From Convolutriloba macropyga (taxonomy: Eukaryota): DNA of 64,000 nt. Each line of letters begins with the position of its first letter. The first letter of the stretch is position 1. The notes beneath the pieces were generated by a model. The model was not told the DNA's origin. It did no database searches and worked only from the letters and a program-made list of their open reading frames with translations. A program made the translations under genes and the position numbers. This document shows, piece by piece, positions 26,001-38,865 of this stretch. The stretch spans positions 11,966,001-12,030,000 of the forward strand of contig NC_134480.1 in NCBI RefSeq assembly GCF_964194025.1. The letters run 5' to 3'.

Positions 26001-29000
26001 TTTAAAAAGTACAAAATTTACAAATTAAAATACAAAAATACAAAATAAAATTTAAAGAAAATACAAAACGCGCCAATTCTATACAAAGGTAGATTTGAGA
26101 ACTCACAGTTTTTTACGTTGAAATTTTATTTAGAATTTTAGTCTTTATTTAAAATTCATGATGAAAAGGCGATTTTATTGTGCTGTCTTTTCCCCCTCAT
26201 TCAGTCGATATGAATCATGAGAATAACTTTCCGCATCTCTTTCTCCTTAGTGTTTCTAGCAATATACCACGTGATCATTCGAATCATGCAATTTTTAGAG
26301 CAATTTAAAAAAGCAGCGTTGTTATTTGGGCAGTGTCTAGCAGCGTTATTTCGTACCGTCCTTTCGCCTCTTTGGTCTTCTTAACTCAATATAAAATAAA
26401 CTAAATAATGGTCTTCTGGCAAATCATATGACCACACCTAATTGATGCAATCATTTCATTGCAGCTGTTCCACAAGACGTTCTTTTGGGTCCTGAGTCAA
26501 TGCAGGAAGCTTTAAAAGACGGGGTCTACTTGTGTGGGCTTATGAATGTGATCCAACCCAATAGTTGCAAACCCAAGAAGAGCAAGATCGCATTCATGCA
26601 GATGGAGAACATCGGCCAGTTCCTGGGTGCGTGTGAGAAGTACGGAGTGAAGAAACTGGACCTGTTTCAGACTGTGGATCTGTTTGACAACACCAACTTC
26701 GGAGCTGTAATCCAGACCATACTTGCACTGGGTAGGCAATTATAATTTTTTTAGAAGATGAAACGAGTCGAACTGAGGTTTATTTTAGAAAATCTCTCAA
26801 TTTTTGACCAATTATACAAAAATAAATGAGTCACTGCAAAACACATTAAAATATCCGTTTATCGCAGATCTTATTTTTTTCCTAATCTTCACCATGATTT
26901 ATAATAAAATTTCGAAATTCTAGCAGGGGGGTCAAAATGTAGGGTCCAGCGTCACTATTAAAGTGTAGCTGAAGTCTTTGCAATAACGCATGTTGATTGA
27001 GCGTTGTCTTTTCATTTATCATATATTTTTCAAATCTTCTCTTTTTCATAATTTCTTTGTCAGGCATGGTCTTTTCACAGGTATGGGAACTAGTTTGGGG
27101 GGTATTTTTTAGGGGTAAAGTCTAAAAATTCCCCCGATTACCCCTCTAATCATACATCATTTTACCCCTCATAGACAATTACCCGCCCCCTATTCTTACA
27201 TTAGTTTGGGGGGTAATCAGGGGGGGGGGTTAATTTTGACACCGGCTGAAATCTTGGGAGAAACGACAGCGTTTTCTCAATAGTTACTATTGATGATCAA
27301 ACATCCACAAAACAACACCCAAGGGTGCTTCCCAAATAAAAAAGACAATTAACAAATCTTGACTTCTTAAAATAATTCAGTTGTTGCAAATCGATTATTT
27401 AGGCGAACTCATTTGGATCAATGAAACTACGTTCTTTAGCTCTCACCACGTCATTTGATTGATTAGCCAAAAGTATTTGTGTTGTTTATTTATTAAACTC
27501 GGTTCTAAAAGTCTGCAGTTTGCGAAAGCGAAATTCTTTTTCCATTAAAACTTCTTCAGCAATCCAAATTTTGAAACTGTAGAAAGCTACAGCCTTATCT
27601 TGAACTAAATCAAGCGAAAGTGATGTCATAGGTTAATTAATCGCCATTTTTTAAACATTTTTGGGTCAAGAATGGCCTTTCCATCAGTCGAGGCCTAAGT
27701 TTAGACTTTGCTCGACGATTGTTAAACGCTATATTCTTGAATATGTTTAAGTACGTATTTATTGTCTTTCTCAACACCATGGTACTCGTGTGTTGACTCA
27801 TAGAAAAATCGTCACATAAACTATTAACTGATATAGCTCGGTATTTCTAATTTATTGGTGCAAAACAACGTATCAACTCCGGCTGTAAAAACAACAAACA
27901 ACTTGGTAACCCATCAATCAAATAAACTGTAAACTGAACGCAATGAATGAAAGAGAAAAATATAGTGATTTGAGTGAAAAAAAAACACTGCTTGCTATCA
28001 ACCTTATTATGTGGAGTGGCAAGACGTTACTGAAGTTACATTTATGCAACAAATGTAATTGCGAAAGTTTATTCAAACCAAAAGCATCAGGTTGTTAAAC
28101 TGCCCTTGAATTTATTGATCACATGATCATCTGCTTGTTCTTTGATGGTAATTTTTCAGTAACAATAACAGCGGTGTGCCAATGTTAAAGGATTACATAG
28201 GTTCAAAACAAATCTGTTTTGACCTTTCTAAATGGTCATCCATATTCGAACAACTCGCCAGAATCTATAAAACGTCACAAAAAGGAGTGCAACAACCCGG
28301 GCCGAAGTGTCAACGCCATTTAACGCAAAATTATGTAAGATAAGCGGTGAATGCGGAAAATTTTGTAAGATAGGCGGTGAATGCGGCGACGTTACATAAC
28401 TCAGGCAGTGAATTCGGTGAAAAAACCTTTATTGCCTGGTAGCGGTGAAATTACATAAATTTACAGCTTTGAAAAAAGTTTCCATATTATGTAAGATAAG
28501 CGGTGAATGCGATGAAATCACACAAATTCACCGCTTAACCTAGTGTTGAACTCACATAAATTCACCGTTTAGAAAAAGTGTTAAAATTGTGTGAGAACAG
28601 CAGTGAATACGGTGAAATTACATAAATTCACCGGTTAACCTAGTGGTGAACTCACATAAATTCACCGCTTAGAAAAAAGTGTTAAAATTGTGTGAGAACA
28701 GCAGTGGATGCGGTCAAATTACATAAATTCACCGCTTAGCTTAGTGGTTAACTTACATAAATTTACCGCTTGGAAACAATTGTTAAAATAGTGTAAGAAC
28801 AGCAGTGAATGCGGTGAAGTTACATAAATTCACCGGCTAACTTAGTGGCGAAATTACTTAAATTCACCACTGAGAGAGAACTGCAAAAAATATGTGAGAT
28901 AAGCAGGGAATGCGATGAAATCTGAATGCAAAAAATCGGAAAAATATGGAAGATAAGCGGTGAAAAGTTGTCTTTTCACCGCTTATCTTACATATTTTGC

Positions 29001-29326
29001 CGATTTTTCCTTGACCCGGGAAGTTCTCTCAACACTTTATTTGCTGAGAAAATAAGTCGAAAAACCGAATAAAAATTGGGCGAATGATAGAATAAATGGC
29101 TGGCGCTTTGTTATTCCTCTGCCAAACAGGTCGTAAATGCCAGGCCAACAACTTCCAAGGACCAACTCTGGGTCCTAAGGAATCAAAAGCACAACCAAAG
29201 GAATGGTCGGAGGAACAACTGAGACAGGGTCTATTTGCAGTGCCCAAGACATCCGGATCCACTGAGTTCCAAACATCTGGAGTCAACGCCGGATCAACTC
29301 GTCAAATTATTCCCAACAGCAAATGA
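22948..29326 (+). CDS. Transgelin/myophilin/Mp20-like calponin-homology protein, paralog 2 (198 aa, 3 coding exons)
   Basis: Exons 22948-23080, 26465-26731, 29130-29326 join via phase-1 GT-AG introns into a 597-nt ORF colinear with paralog 1. Confidence 0.92.
26465..26731 (+). CDS. Paralog 2 coding exon 2 (equivalent to exons 2+3 of paralog 1)
   Basis: ttgcag acceptor; SVPQDVLLGPESMQEALKDGVYLCGLMN...FMQMENIGQFLGACEKYGVKKLDLFQTVDLFDNTNFGAVIQTILALG; GTAGG donor at 26732. Confidence 0.92.
26924..27248. mobile_element. Probable MITE
   Basis: Imperfect TIRs CAG-G-run-TCAAAAT / ATTTTGACACCGGCTG, with internal inverted GGGGTAA/TTACCCC motifs. Confidence 0.45.
28296..29020. mobile_element. Non-autonomous DNA transposon with CCCGGG termini and an internal GCGGTGAAT/ATTCACCGC array
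   Basis: AA|CCCGGG...CCCGGG|AA; subterminal ATGTAAGATAAGCGGTGAA is inverted at the two ends; ~100-bp internal tandem units. Confidence 0.75.
29130..29326 (+). CDS. Paralog 2 last coding exon
   Basis: aacag acceptor; GRKCQANNFQGPTLGPKESKAQPKEWSEEQLRQGLFAVPKTSGSTEFQTSGVNAGSTRQIIPNSK stop. Confidence 0.9.
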
Positions 29327-29521
29327 ACAATTGTTTAGAAATTGATTGGAGATGACTAGGAAAATATGTTAATTTGATTATTTTGTTATCTATGAATTGA
29401 AATTTAAATGATAAGGTGTTGAACTAAATTTTGAGATTACCATAACGGGGGGGCTATAGGTTATCTGACCACTAAGCGGGGGGGGGGGGCTATAATGGGA
29501 AAGACCTCATTAATCAATACG

Positions 29522-30634
29522 CCCTAGTCTAGATCTATACTTTATAAAAAAGGCCGCAAAGTCAACGAGGGGGGGGGGCATATTGAACCAAGTTAAACGG
29601 TCGTTCACATACCTAAACTCAACAACTCTTTTCATGGCTCCATACACGGTCTTTCAACAGATAAAAAGGATTGAGAAAAAAATCTTTTCATGGGTCAGTG
29701 CAGGGTCTCTCCAAGAGTCAATGCATCTACCCTAGTACAGACCTTGACTTATGAAAAGACCCAAATGTTCTAGTAGGGGGGGGGGGTGACAGTAGAGGTT
29801 GGAGGTTTTTAGTTAATATCCAGCAAAAGCTTCTTCATGGGTCTAGCAAAAGCCTTTTCATTGGAGTTTATGGTCGAGCATGGTCTTTTCATGAGTCTAA
29901 CAAAAGTCATTTCATAGGGATTTTTGAGTCATAGGGGTTTTGAGGTATGGTCTTTTCATGGGTTGAGTAAAATTCTTTTCTTAAGTTTGCTTTTTTCCAA
30001 TTTTGGAAATATATATATATATTTTTCGTTTGCTGCTGCACACAAAGAAGCAGGAATGAAGCAAAGCTAAACCAACTTATGAAAAGAATACTGCTCGACT
30101 CAGGATTTGACATTAAATTTGACCTGGTGAAAAAGATCTATGAAAAGACTTCTGATTTGACTTATAATTTGACATATGCTTGACCCAATTTCTTTCAAAA
30201 AGTCAAGAGCTCAAGTTTGTTAGAGCAAAGCTCTAGCTTTATTTTTTGGGTCAAGCCAATGTAAAGCTTTTCACAGATGAAAATGATCGAGAAAAGATAT
30301 TTTCCTGGGTCAGTACAGGGTCTCTCCAAGAGTCAATGTATCAAACAAGATTCTTTTAAGGGCTCTAACCTAGTGCAGACATTGACTTATGAAAAAAACC
30401 CAAATAGTCTAGTAGGGAGTTAATATTGACCAAAATTATACAGTCGAGGTTCTTAGTAATATCGAGCAAAAACTTTTTCATGGGTCCAGCAAAAGTTTTT
30501 TCATTGCAGTTTCTGGGCGAGCATGGTTTTTTCATGAATCGAACAAAAGTCATTTCATAGAGATTTGGGGTCAAGTATGGTCAATTCATGGGTCGAGTAA
30601 AAGTCTTTTCTTAAGTTTGCTTTTTTCCGATATT

Positions 30635-30687
<53 letters not shown>

Positions 30688-30940
30688 TGCTGGCTGCTGT
30701 ATATAATGAAGCAGGAACGGAGCAAAGCTAAACAGACTTATGATAAGACTTTTTCTCGACCCATGATTTGACAATAAAATTGACCTGTTAAAAAAGAGTC
30801 TTGAAAAAGCTTATGATTCGACTTGTGATTTGATTTATATCTCAAACCAATTTTTCTCCTCAAAAAAACTTGGTCGACGAAAAGTTCGGAGCTCAAGTTT
30901 GGTCAAACTCCAGATTTACTTTTTGGGTCAAGCGAATGTC
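29522..30940 (+). repeat. Tandem ~620-640 bp diverged copies of a CCCTAGT-start element rich in CTTTTCATGGG motifs
   Basis: Starts at 29522, 29731 and ~30369; CAGGGTCTCTCCAAGAGTCAATG at ~29701 and ~30317; short AT run at ~30009 corresponds to (AT)~24 at 30637-30684. Confidence 0.75.
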
Positions 30941-31329
30941 CAGGATGTAATCATATATTAAATGACGAAGATAAAGAAGAGACTAGATGAAATGCAGTGG
31001 TAGTGAAGGTTGGGGGGGGGGTAAAGATTACGTGGCCAATGTCCGAAAAGGCAAATGACAAAACAATTTTTTCGTTTTGCTAAAGGAAATTTATTTTGAG
31101 CAGGTATTTAGCCTGACCCTTATTGCCAGAATTTTATTAGTAATTACTTGAGACTACAAAACAGACTTAAGTGTTCTTTATATCACTTATTATTACTTTT
31201 ATGGGCAATTTCAAATTCAATAATTGGCTTCTTAAACCACAAATAGTATCGTCAGAATCATTTCTGAGACCAAGTGCCAATTTTTTTTGTAATTAGATTA
31301 TCATCCTTCAAAAGAAAGTGGTTTTAATC

Positions 31330-32650
31330 AAGCTTAGACAAACTAGCCTAGCGTCACTTGTCTTCACGAAGGCTTACAATTCTAATTTGAAAACATTTGT
31401 AAAAATGCCCGATAAAGTTGAGCATATGTACTCTGTTTTTCAAATATTGGCCGAGCAATGAAATTTGACTTTTATTACTTAGTCGAGGACACTAAAAACT
31501 TAGCATACTTCTTGTCATACATCGAGTCAAGTAATTATTGACAAAGCTTGTCAGGCAAAATTATTTTCATAAGCAAAACTAAATTAAAACCGGTCAAAGG
31601 AAAACAGCATTAATTATTAATTGCTAAAAAATATTCTTGTTCCAATAGTTTTTTTAATGGGAATGTATAAGCAAGGATGATTTTTTCCTTCAGTCATTTT
31701 TTTCAGAGAAAACTGAAAGACACCTATTTGGTTGTCCTCAGGATACAAATTTCTTTTTATAAAAAGTATCAAAAAAAATGCTTGAGTGTGGGTATAAGAG
31801 ATCGACCTGAAATTTAAAATCACAACCAACGGGAAAATATGTCAACTTAGTTTGGTTAGATGCAGACTTCTACACAAAAAATCTCCGCAGTTTCAAGCCT
31901 AAATATTAACAATTTAACCTGTGGCCAAAAATAGCAAAAAATGAAATATTTTGTTTTCCTTTTATTTTGGTTTCCTTTGAAAAAAAGGAGAAAGAAATCT
32001 TTTTTATTTGTATTCTTTATTTTGTCAGTGCAAATAATCTCCTCACATTAAGGGAATACTGATGTATTTAGAAGTTGGAGACCTTATGGATTGCCAGGTT
32101 GAAAAATTTATTTCAAAATTTTTTTTATTTTTTGAAACAGAGAAAATTGCTTTTCACTTCCCCATTTTTTGAAATTGTTCTGGGAACTGAACTTTTCTAT
32201 TGTTTGGGCGTTTCTTTAAATACAAAAACCAGTTTGTTTGTTGATTGCAAAACTCATGTGAAAAACTAAAATATTTTTCAGAGAAGAAGACTTTGGTTTT
32301 TCGTTTACATAAAGATTATATTTTTTAAATATAATCTTTAAAAATTCAAAGGCCCAAAGTGTAAAATTTACTGATGACCAACTTCCCTCAACTCTATTAA
32401 ACACAAGTCTGAAGAAGAATTTTCATTTTTCCTGTACATATCAGACACAACTAAACTCAGAGGGCAAAAATTTTCAGAAAATTTGGAAAATTTTCTTAAG
32501 TTAGAAAATTTGCGAAATATTGTTGTTTTAAATATATTCAAATCAAAAACTGTGTTTTGTATTTTGAGCTGTTGACACATCTGCGAGATATACAATGGGT
32601 AGGCTAATAGATGTGCTTCAAAAAACTTAAATCTTTCAAAACTTTTAAAA
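31330..32650 (+). repeat. Older diverged copy of the AT-rich repeat that forms most of the array unit
   Basis: Shares blocks TTCAAATATTGGCC..GCAATGAAA, GTCCTCAGGAT, ACTCAGAGGGC and AGCTG.TGACACATCT in the same order as 35980-38050. Confidence 0.7.
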
Positions 32651-33914
32651 ATTATCAAGCAAGTCGTATAAAAACTTTATTTAAAACAGTCGCCCGCAGA
32701 GCAATTACTAAATTAAATTGAATTTATAATAGTTCCTCTGTTTTAAATTTTAATCAATCGTCGCGCGTGCAACTGGAATTTAAATTGTACATGAAGGACA
32801 AAACACTACTCCAAATCGGGTAGAATTCTTTCCCTTATTGCAACTAATAATTCTGCATTGCGCGTATACTTGCTTCAAAATGAAAAAAATCATTCGCAGA
32901 CCAAAACACACGCACAAAATTAACATCTTTTAATCCCCCTAACTACAATACCACTCATGCACAGCGCGTTCACTTTAAAAATGTTTTTCATGCCAACCTA
33001 AAAACACAACTTCTAAGCCTTCCACAATACAATCTGATAATTTGACATCATATTCCTCTGCGCATATCGCTACATAAGCGTCTCCTGCATTGCATTATGT
33101 ATCTCCACAATTGGGATTTACTGATTCAAACCTGCCATTAGTTTTTGAACGACAATTCCTCTTCAAATTTAGCGCTAGCACTAAGGCTGCCTCATCTATT
33201 GTTAATACATTAAATGATTTCCACACCAATCTGGTAAAATAAAAGAAAATTGCTGGTGTTTTGCTCAATCTATCTCAGTGTTTTTTGCTGAAACAGTCAC
33301 TCTCGGACCCAATCAACTCAATTCTAAAATCTCAAACTCCTTCTTATCTAAACTGCTGCATCGAACTGAATCAATTATCATCGATTAAAGGCAAACCAGT
33401 ATTGTTCAATCAGTATTGTTCAATAAGTATATTGTTCAACACTAAACATGTGTCAATAACGCTCTTGAGATCAACCCTATATCCAATGTTAGCACTTCCC
33501 TAACAGACAGCTCATAAATACTCTCCTTCGAAAAAGTTGTGGGTAAAAATTTTACCAAATTCCTAATGGCAACCCCGACTATTGAAGTTGCTGTCTTTTT
33601 AAGAAGTACGCGACTGCTTTCTCTTGCAGGATGAAATCTGACTCAAGAAGATACACCCAGATCTCTATTTTTACTGGCGGGATCTGCATTGCATTGATGA
33701 GAAGGTGATCATATACCCATGTACTTAAAAATCACCGTGCTTGTCACACGCTTAGCTGCTGAGTGGTTTGTTTTTCCCAGCACTGCTGGTGGCTATACAT
33801 GAATTGGGAACTTCTTGTGAGTTGTAGATCCTGCACTACAATTGTTTAAAATTTAAGATCTATTTTACCCGCAAATCAATTCACACCACATACACCATGC
33901 ACAGTAACTAATTA

Positions 33915-34400
33915 GGAAGCATAGATAGCATTTGCCGGCCCAAATAAAACGAAACAGGACGTGAAACAAACATACCTACGTGCAGAGCTGGACCTTCTAG
34001 CCATCAGTCAAAACTGTTGATAGCGTAAAAGCATCAAATTTCTGGATAATTGTATACAAATTCACGGTGTTCCACATTCCCTTCGAATTGATAAAATTAG
34101 TTGCCTGTTTCAAAAACAAGTTCAAAGATTTGATATTTGCACCTTCTAATGACCACAAATCTATAAACATAGTAGAACGACAAATTGAAACAACTAAGCA
34201 ACGCTTGCATCTATTGAAACAGCTCATAAAGATACTAACTCCTGAAACTTAAAAGAGCACCTAAAACAATTTTTATAAAAATCTTTATATGTAATACTGG
34301 TTTAGGGTACGGCAAATCTAAAAACATCATTTAGACGACGAAACCATAACACCCAATGTGCTTTCACCTGAAGGCCATTGGAACAACTAGCAAAATGATG
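33915..34400 (+). mobile_element. Decayed Gypsy/Ty3 integrase
   Basis: Frameshifted motifs ID/FAGP (33921-33942), FLDNCIQIHGVPHSLRID (from 34039), APSNDHKSINIVERQIETTKQRL give a D,D,E layout; purine tract at ~34827-34843. Confidence 0.7.
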
Positions 34401-37400
34401 AAGAGGTAGAATGGAACATTTGCAAGGCCACTCGAGATGCGATGGACAGACAGCAATCAGCCCTAGATGATAAGTCGCGGTTTCTCCAATCATATAAACT
34501 CTTCCAGCCGATTTTTCTGGATGAAAAGGCAGTTCAACTGAAACTCAAGAGGAAACGACATCTACAAAAGAGGTTAAAAAACACTTTCAGCGGCCACTAT
34601 GACGTCGTTGCCCGCTATCAATTTTATTGAAGTTAGATGATCACACATCTGTCGTATGCGAACTTGGGAAGATGGATGTCACCGTTTGCAACTGTGATTT
34701 CACAAAACTTGTAACGTGGGAAAAAAAGGGACAATACTAAAAGAAAAAACTGATTGAAGGGGCTGGAACACAAGAACAAAACGGAAAAGAAATTTTTGAC
34801 AAAAACTAAAAAGTCAGTCAGAATACAAAGGGGGAAGGAAGAAACATTGCGAGCGAGCTAATGCGAAAGGCGAGCTAATGCGAGCTGCGAAATTAACTTC
34901 GTTTTTAGGCACTTATACTCGACACCAATAGGCGGCAACTGTTGTCCCCTCACCTACTACAATCGAATTTATGCTTTAAGCATCAACATCCACATGAAGC
35001 CTTAAAAAAAACTGCACCAACAATTATTTCATTACGATGTATTGAATGACAACATCACAAGAACCGGCAAACGCACTAGCAGAAACCCAGAGTACAAAGG
35101 CTTCAATAACAATGTTTTGTCACGCGAATCAAGCCATTCTTGCCCCTTGACTTTGCACTAGTCAAAACGAAAAAGAACCGCTAGTGACGTCGTTTTTCCC
35201 AGCGAAGAGTTTTAAAACCATCACCGACACTGCTAGTCTTTTAGAGCCTATCCTTTACGAGTTCCTATCTCGGTACAATGGCGGCGTCTCTCCTCCAGAT
35301 CCTAAAACTTGACCAGCAAATCAAAACTTTATTTATGAACTAAATCAAGAGGACGAAAAATATAACACGTACAACTCTGAAAACGGACTAGCAAAACATT
35401 CATTTTCTTTATTAATATCACTAGCATTTTATGATCACCAAACTGTTTTAATTAACTTTATAACCGATGAATAGACAAATATAGTACATAATCATTTAGT
35501 GCAGTACAATTTATATACGACGTACCTAATTTGCTTGAAGGTTATTTTTGTAGTACTCAAATTTTTTCATGGCATCCAATTGTTTTTACTGTTCATTCAA
35601 ATGCCTGTCTTGCGTCTAGTATCCCAATATGGGATTAACTATCAGTTCAAAATTTTAAACTACGGCTAGTTTATGCTACTTTTTTTGCACTTCGCAGTAA
35701 TTTACCCAATTTAATCATTTTTATTGCATCATAATCATTCTTCTTTTTGCAAATAAAATTTGAGCGAGTCAATTGTGTAAGTAGATTCTCCAAGCAAGTA
35801 CTCAGCCATAGATCTGTAAATTAAACATGCCCCGCAAAGGCCTATGGCAAGTGATTGCTCTACTCGCATTGCGAAACAAGGTACAAAACTCAGATTGTGT
35901 ACGACCAGTTAATTATATACTGTATCCTTCACAAAGAAGTAGTTTTAATGAAATTTATACATAATTTTGCCTTGTTTCAGTTGTCTCCACGAAATCGTTC
36001 AAGTCTAATGTTAAAACATTGGTCGCTAAAAAGCCCAATGAAATTGAGCAAGTATACTCTTTTTTTTTTCAAATATTGGCCACGCAATGAAAATTAGAAA
36101 TAAATACATAGAGTGGAGGATACCTTCAGATCTAAAAGTTTCTCAACCCATGTTCCAAGAGGACAAACCAAAACAGCATTTTTACTAATCGCTAATTAAC
36201 TTGGCTTTTCAAACATTTTTTTTTTATATGGGGAATATATATGCTCGGCTGGCTTTTTTCCTCATTCATATTGTCGTTTTTTAAGCATCGAATAAGATAA
36301 TAAAAGACACTTTTTTGTGGTCCTCAGGATCCAATTTTGATTTATAAATAAAATTATCAAATATTCATAAAAAGGTAATTTTTGAATTTAAAAAAGAATA
36401 TTGAAAGATTGAGAAAGAAAAGGTTTAATTCAAAATGGAGACCAACAGTAAAAAAGTAGTCAAAAAAGTTAGATTAAAAGCAAGGTTTCTTTTACAATTC
36501 TCTACAGTTTCAAGCCTACACTCCACAGTTTGAAGCCTACAGTTTCATTACCTTTTTTCCATAGGGCCAAAAAAAATTTAAAAAAGTAAAATGACAAGTT
36601 TTGTTTTATCAAAATTTGGTACAAGAATAAATTGTGTATGTCTCTCTTTATTCTGCTGGTCAGAATTATTTTTTCTTCATACGAAAAAAATTTATCGGAA
36701 ATTTTCCAAACTGAAGACTACAGGCAATTTAAAGCTCTAAAAATAACGAAAAAATTTGAAAAACTAAAACTAATAGAAACAAAGGTGTTCATTTTTAAAA
36801 TTCTGGTGCTGATTTTGCAAAAAGTTTTTCTCAATACATCAGAACAAAACATTCATGTATTTTCAAACATTTTAGGTGGAAAAAAGTATTGGTTCCTCTA
36901 AAAAAACGCTAAACAAACTTCATTGGAGGATGAGATTAAAAGATTGAGAAAAAAAAGGAATGATTGAGAAAGAAAGAAAGTTTAATTCAAAATGGAGACT
37001 AAGAAAAAAAAAGTAGTCAACTAAGTTAGATTATATGCAGGATTTTTAACAATTCTCTACAGCTTCACGCCTACACTCCGCAGTTCCAGGCCTACAATTT
37101 CCTTGCCTTTTTCCAGAGGACCAAAAGTTGTTTAAAAAAATAAAATGTTGATTTTTGATTTATCAAAATTTTGTTCAAGAAAAATTTGTGTATGTCTCTT
37201 TTTACTCTGCTGGTCAAAATTATTTTTTTCTTTATCAGGAAAAATTATTTTGAATTTTTGATAACTGAAGAGTTCAGGCAATTTGGCGCTCTGAAAATAA
37301 CGAAAACCAGTTTTGAAAATGTAAAACTAATAGAAACAAATGTGTTCATTTTTTAAATTCTTGCGCTGATTTTGCAAAAAATTCTTCTGAATACATCAGA

Positions 37401-38119
37401 ACCACGCATTCAGGTATTTTCAAGCATTTGAAAAGGAAAAAATAACTGGTTCTAAGAAATCAACGTCAAAACAACCTCATTTTTTTCAAAAAATAGAAGG
37501 AAGAATTAAAGAAACGGCTAAAAAATTGTGGTTTCAAATATATTCAACAAAATTGGGTTTCTTATTTCTAACTGTTGAAATCATCTCAGAGAATTACAAG
37601 AAGAAGGCTAAAAGATGTGCTTCCAAATATTTATCTAAATGACCCATCCAATCAATAGATCAGATGCAAATCTCAAAACGTATTTAATGGGGCAACAGTG
37701 CATCTGCAAGGTTTGCTTAAAGCGAAAAAAGTGTAGTGAGGGGGGAAAACTAGATCGGTGTTTCTATAAAATTAAAAATTAGTTTGCCAATTTTTACCTT
37801 ACTTGCAAAACCAAAGGGTCAAAACAAAAATTTAACTGATAACCAGCGTTAGTCAACTCAACAAAAAAAATTGTTATGAAGGGCTTTCAACTTTTTTTTA
37901 TAGTAAACACTTTTAGACTCAGAGGGCCAAACTTGTCAGAAAGTTAGAAAATAGTCAACAAGAGATATTTGCTTTAAAAGTGGCTTTAATTATTTTCGAA
38001 ACAAAAATTGAGTTTTTTTTATTCTAGCTGCTGACACATCTCCGAGGGTTACAAAAGATTGCTAGATGCCAATAGACTATCTTGAAAACGATCCTTTTAA
38101 TTGACTATCCGTTTTAATT

Positions 38120-38865
38120 CACAATCCTTTTTTTACTAAAACTGCTAAGGTTGGAAATTTCAACAGAATTTGACATTCACAAGAAATTTGATCAAAAATG
38201 AGCTGCAAGTCGAAAAGTTTTCTATAAAAAGTTAGATAACCATCTGATGCCCTCCAAAATTTTTGTTTTGCGCAATGGAGTTTGCAACCATGATGTTGGT
38301 TTTGAACAAATACTGCAGGGAAATATTAACCAATTCTGGAAAAGCGAGACAAGCTGCTAAGATCATCTGATGAAAAGACTGTTGCACTTCTAGATAATAT
38401 CATTTTTCAGGGATTCGTCAGGGACATGCTTTCTTTTGGTTCAAAGCATCCAATAAGGGACACCTTTAAAGAAATGCAATTCTCGGTGGACATCTACAAT
38501 TTGATAAGGAATCTGCTTGAGAACAAGGTACCAGACCAGGTGAAAAATTGTTTAGCATTAAAGCGGCAGCAAAACGGTAATCAAAAAACATAGAAACACT
38601 TTTGGATAGAGCATTAGCAAAAGTGAAAAAATATCTACGTGACAACGCCCTGATTGCTGTCCCTTTTGATAAGGGTGTTGATTTTTTGTTGTGAAAAAAG
38701 CACGTATGCAGAAAAATTGGAAAATATAATAGATTGCGATCAGTTCAGAAAACTTAAAAAGAGTTTTGGTAATATCGTAATGAAAAATGGAAAAGGACTT
38801 AACAAGAACTTTCGGATGAGGAAAAAGGGAAGATACCGGTTAAGAGTTACGAAGCTTTACTAAGC
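38120..38865 (+). mobile_element. Penelope-like element, decayed N-terminal ORF fragment (also ~41375-42115, 43405-44150, 45440-46275, 47720-48552)
   Basis: LLKLLRLEISTE..., DMLSFGSKHPI.D.FKEMQF, LRDNALIAVPFDKG and YAEKLENIIDC motifs; the 3' part overlaps in sequence with the RT copy at 52700-52930 (-). Confidence 0.75.

Noticed and set aside
27400-28260. Possible further LINE RT remnants
   Set aside because: Motifs too degraded to support a call.
28320-28990. Regularly spaced palindromic repeats superficially like a CRISPR array
   Set aside because: The spacers are themselves repeated, there are no cas genes, and it lies in a eukaryotic intron.
38360-38400. CTGATGA in the PLE fragments as a hammerhead ribozyme
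   Set aside because: Inside the ORF remnant and not followed by a stem II and GAAA.
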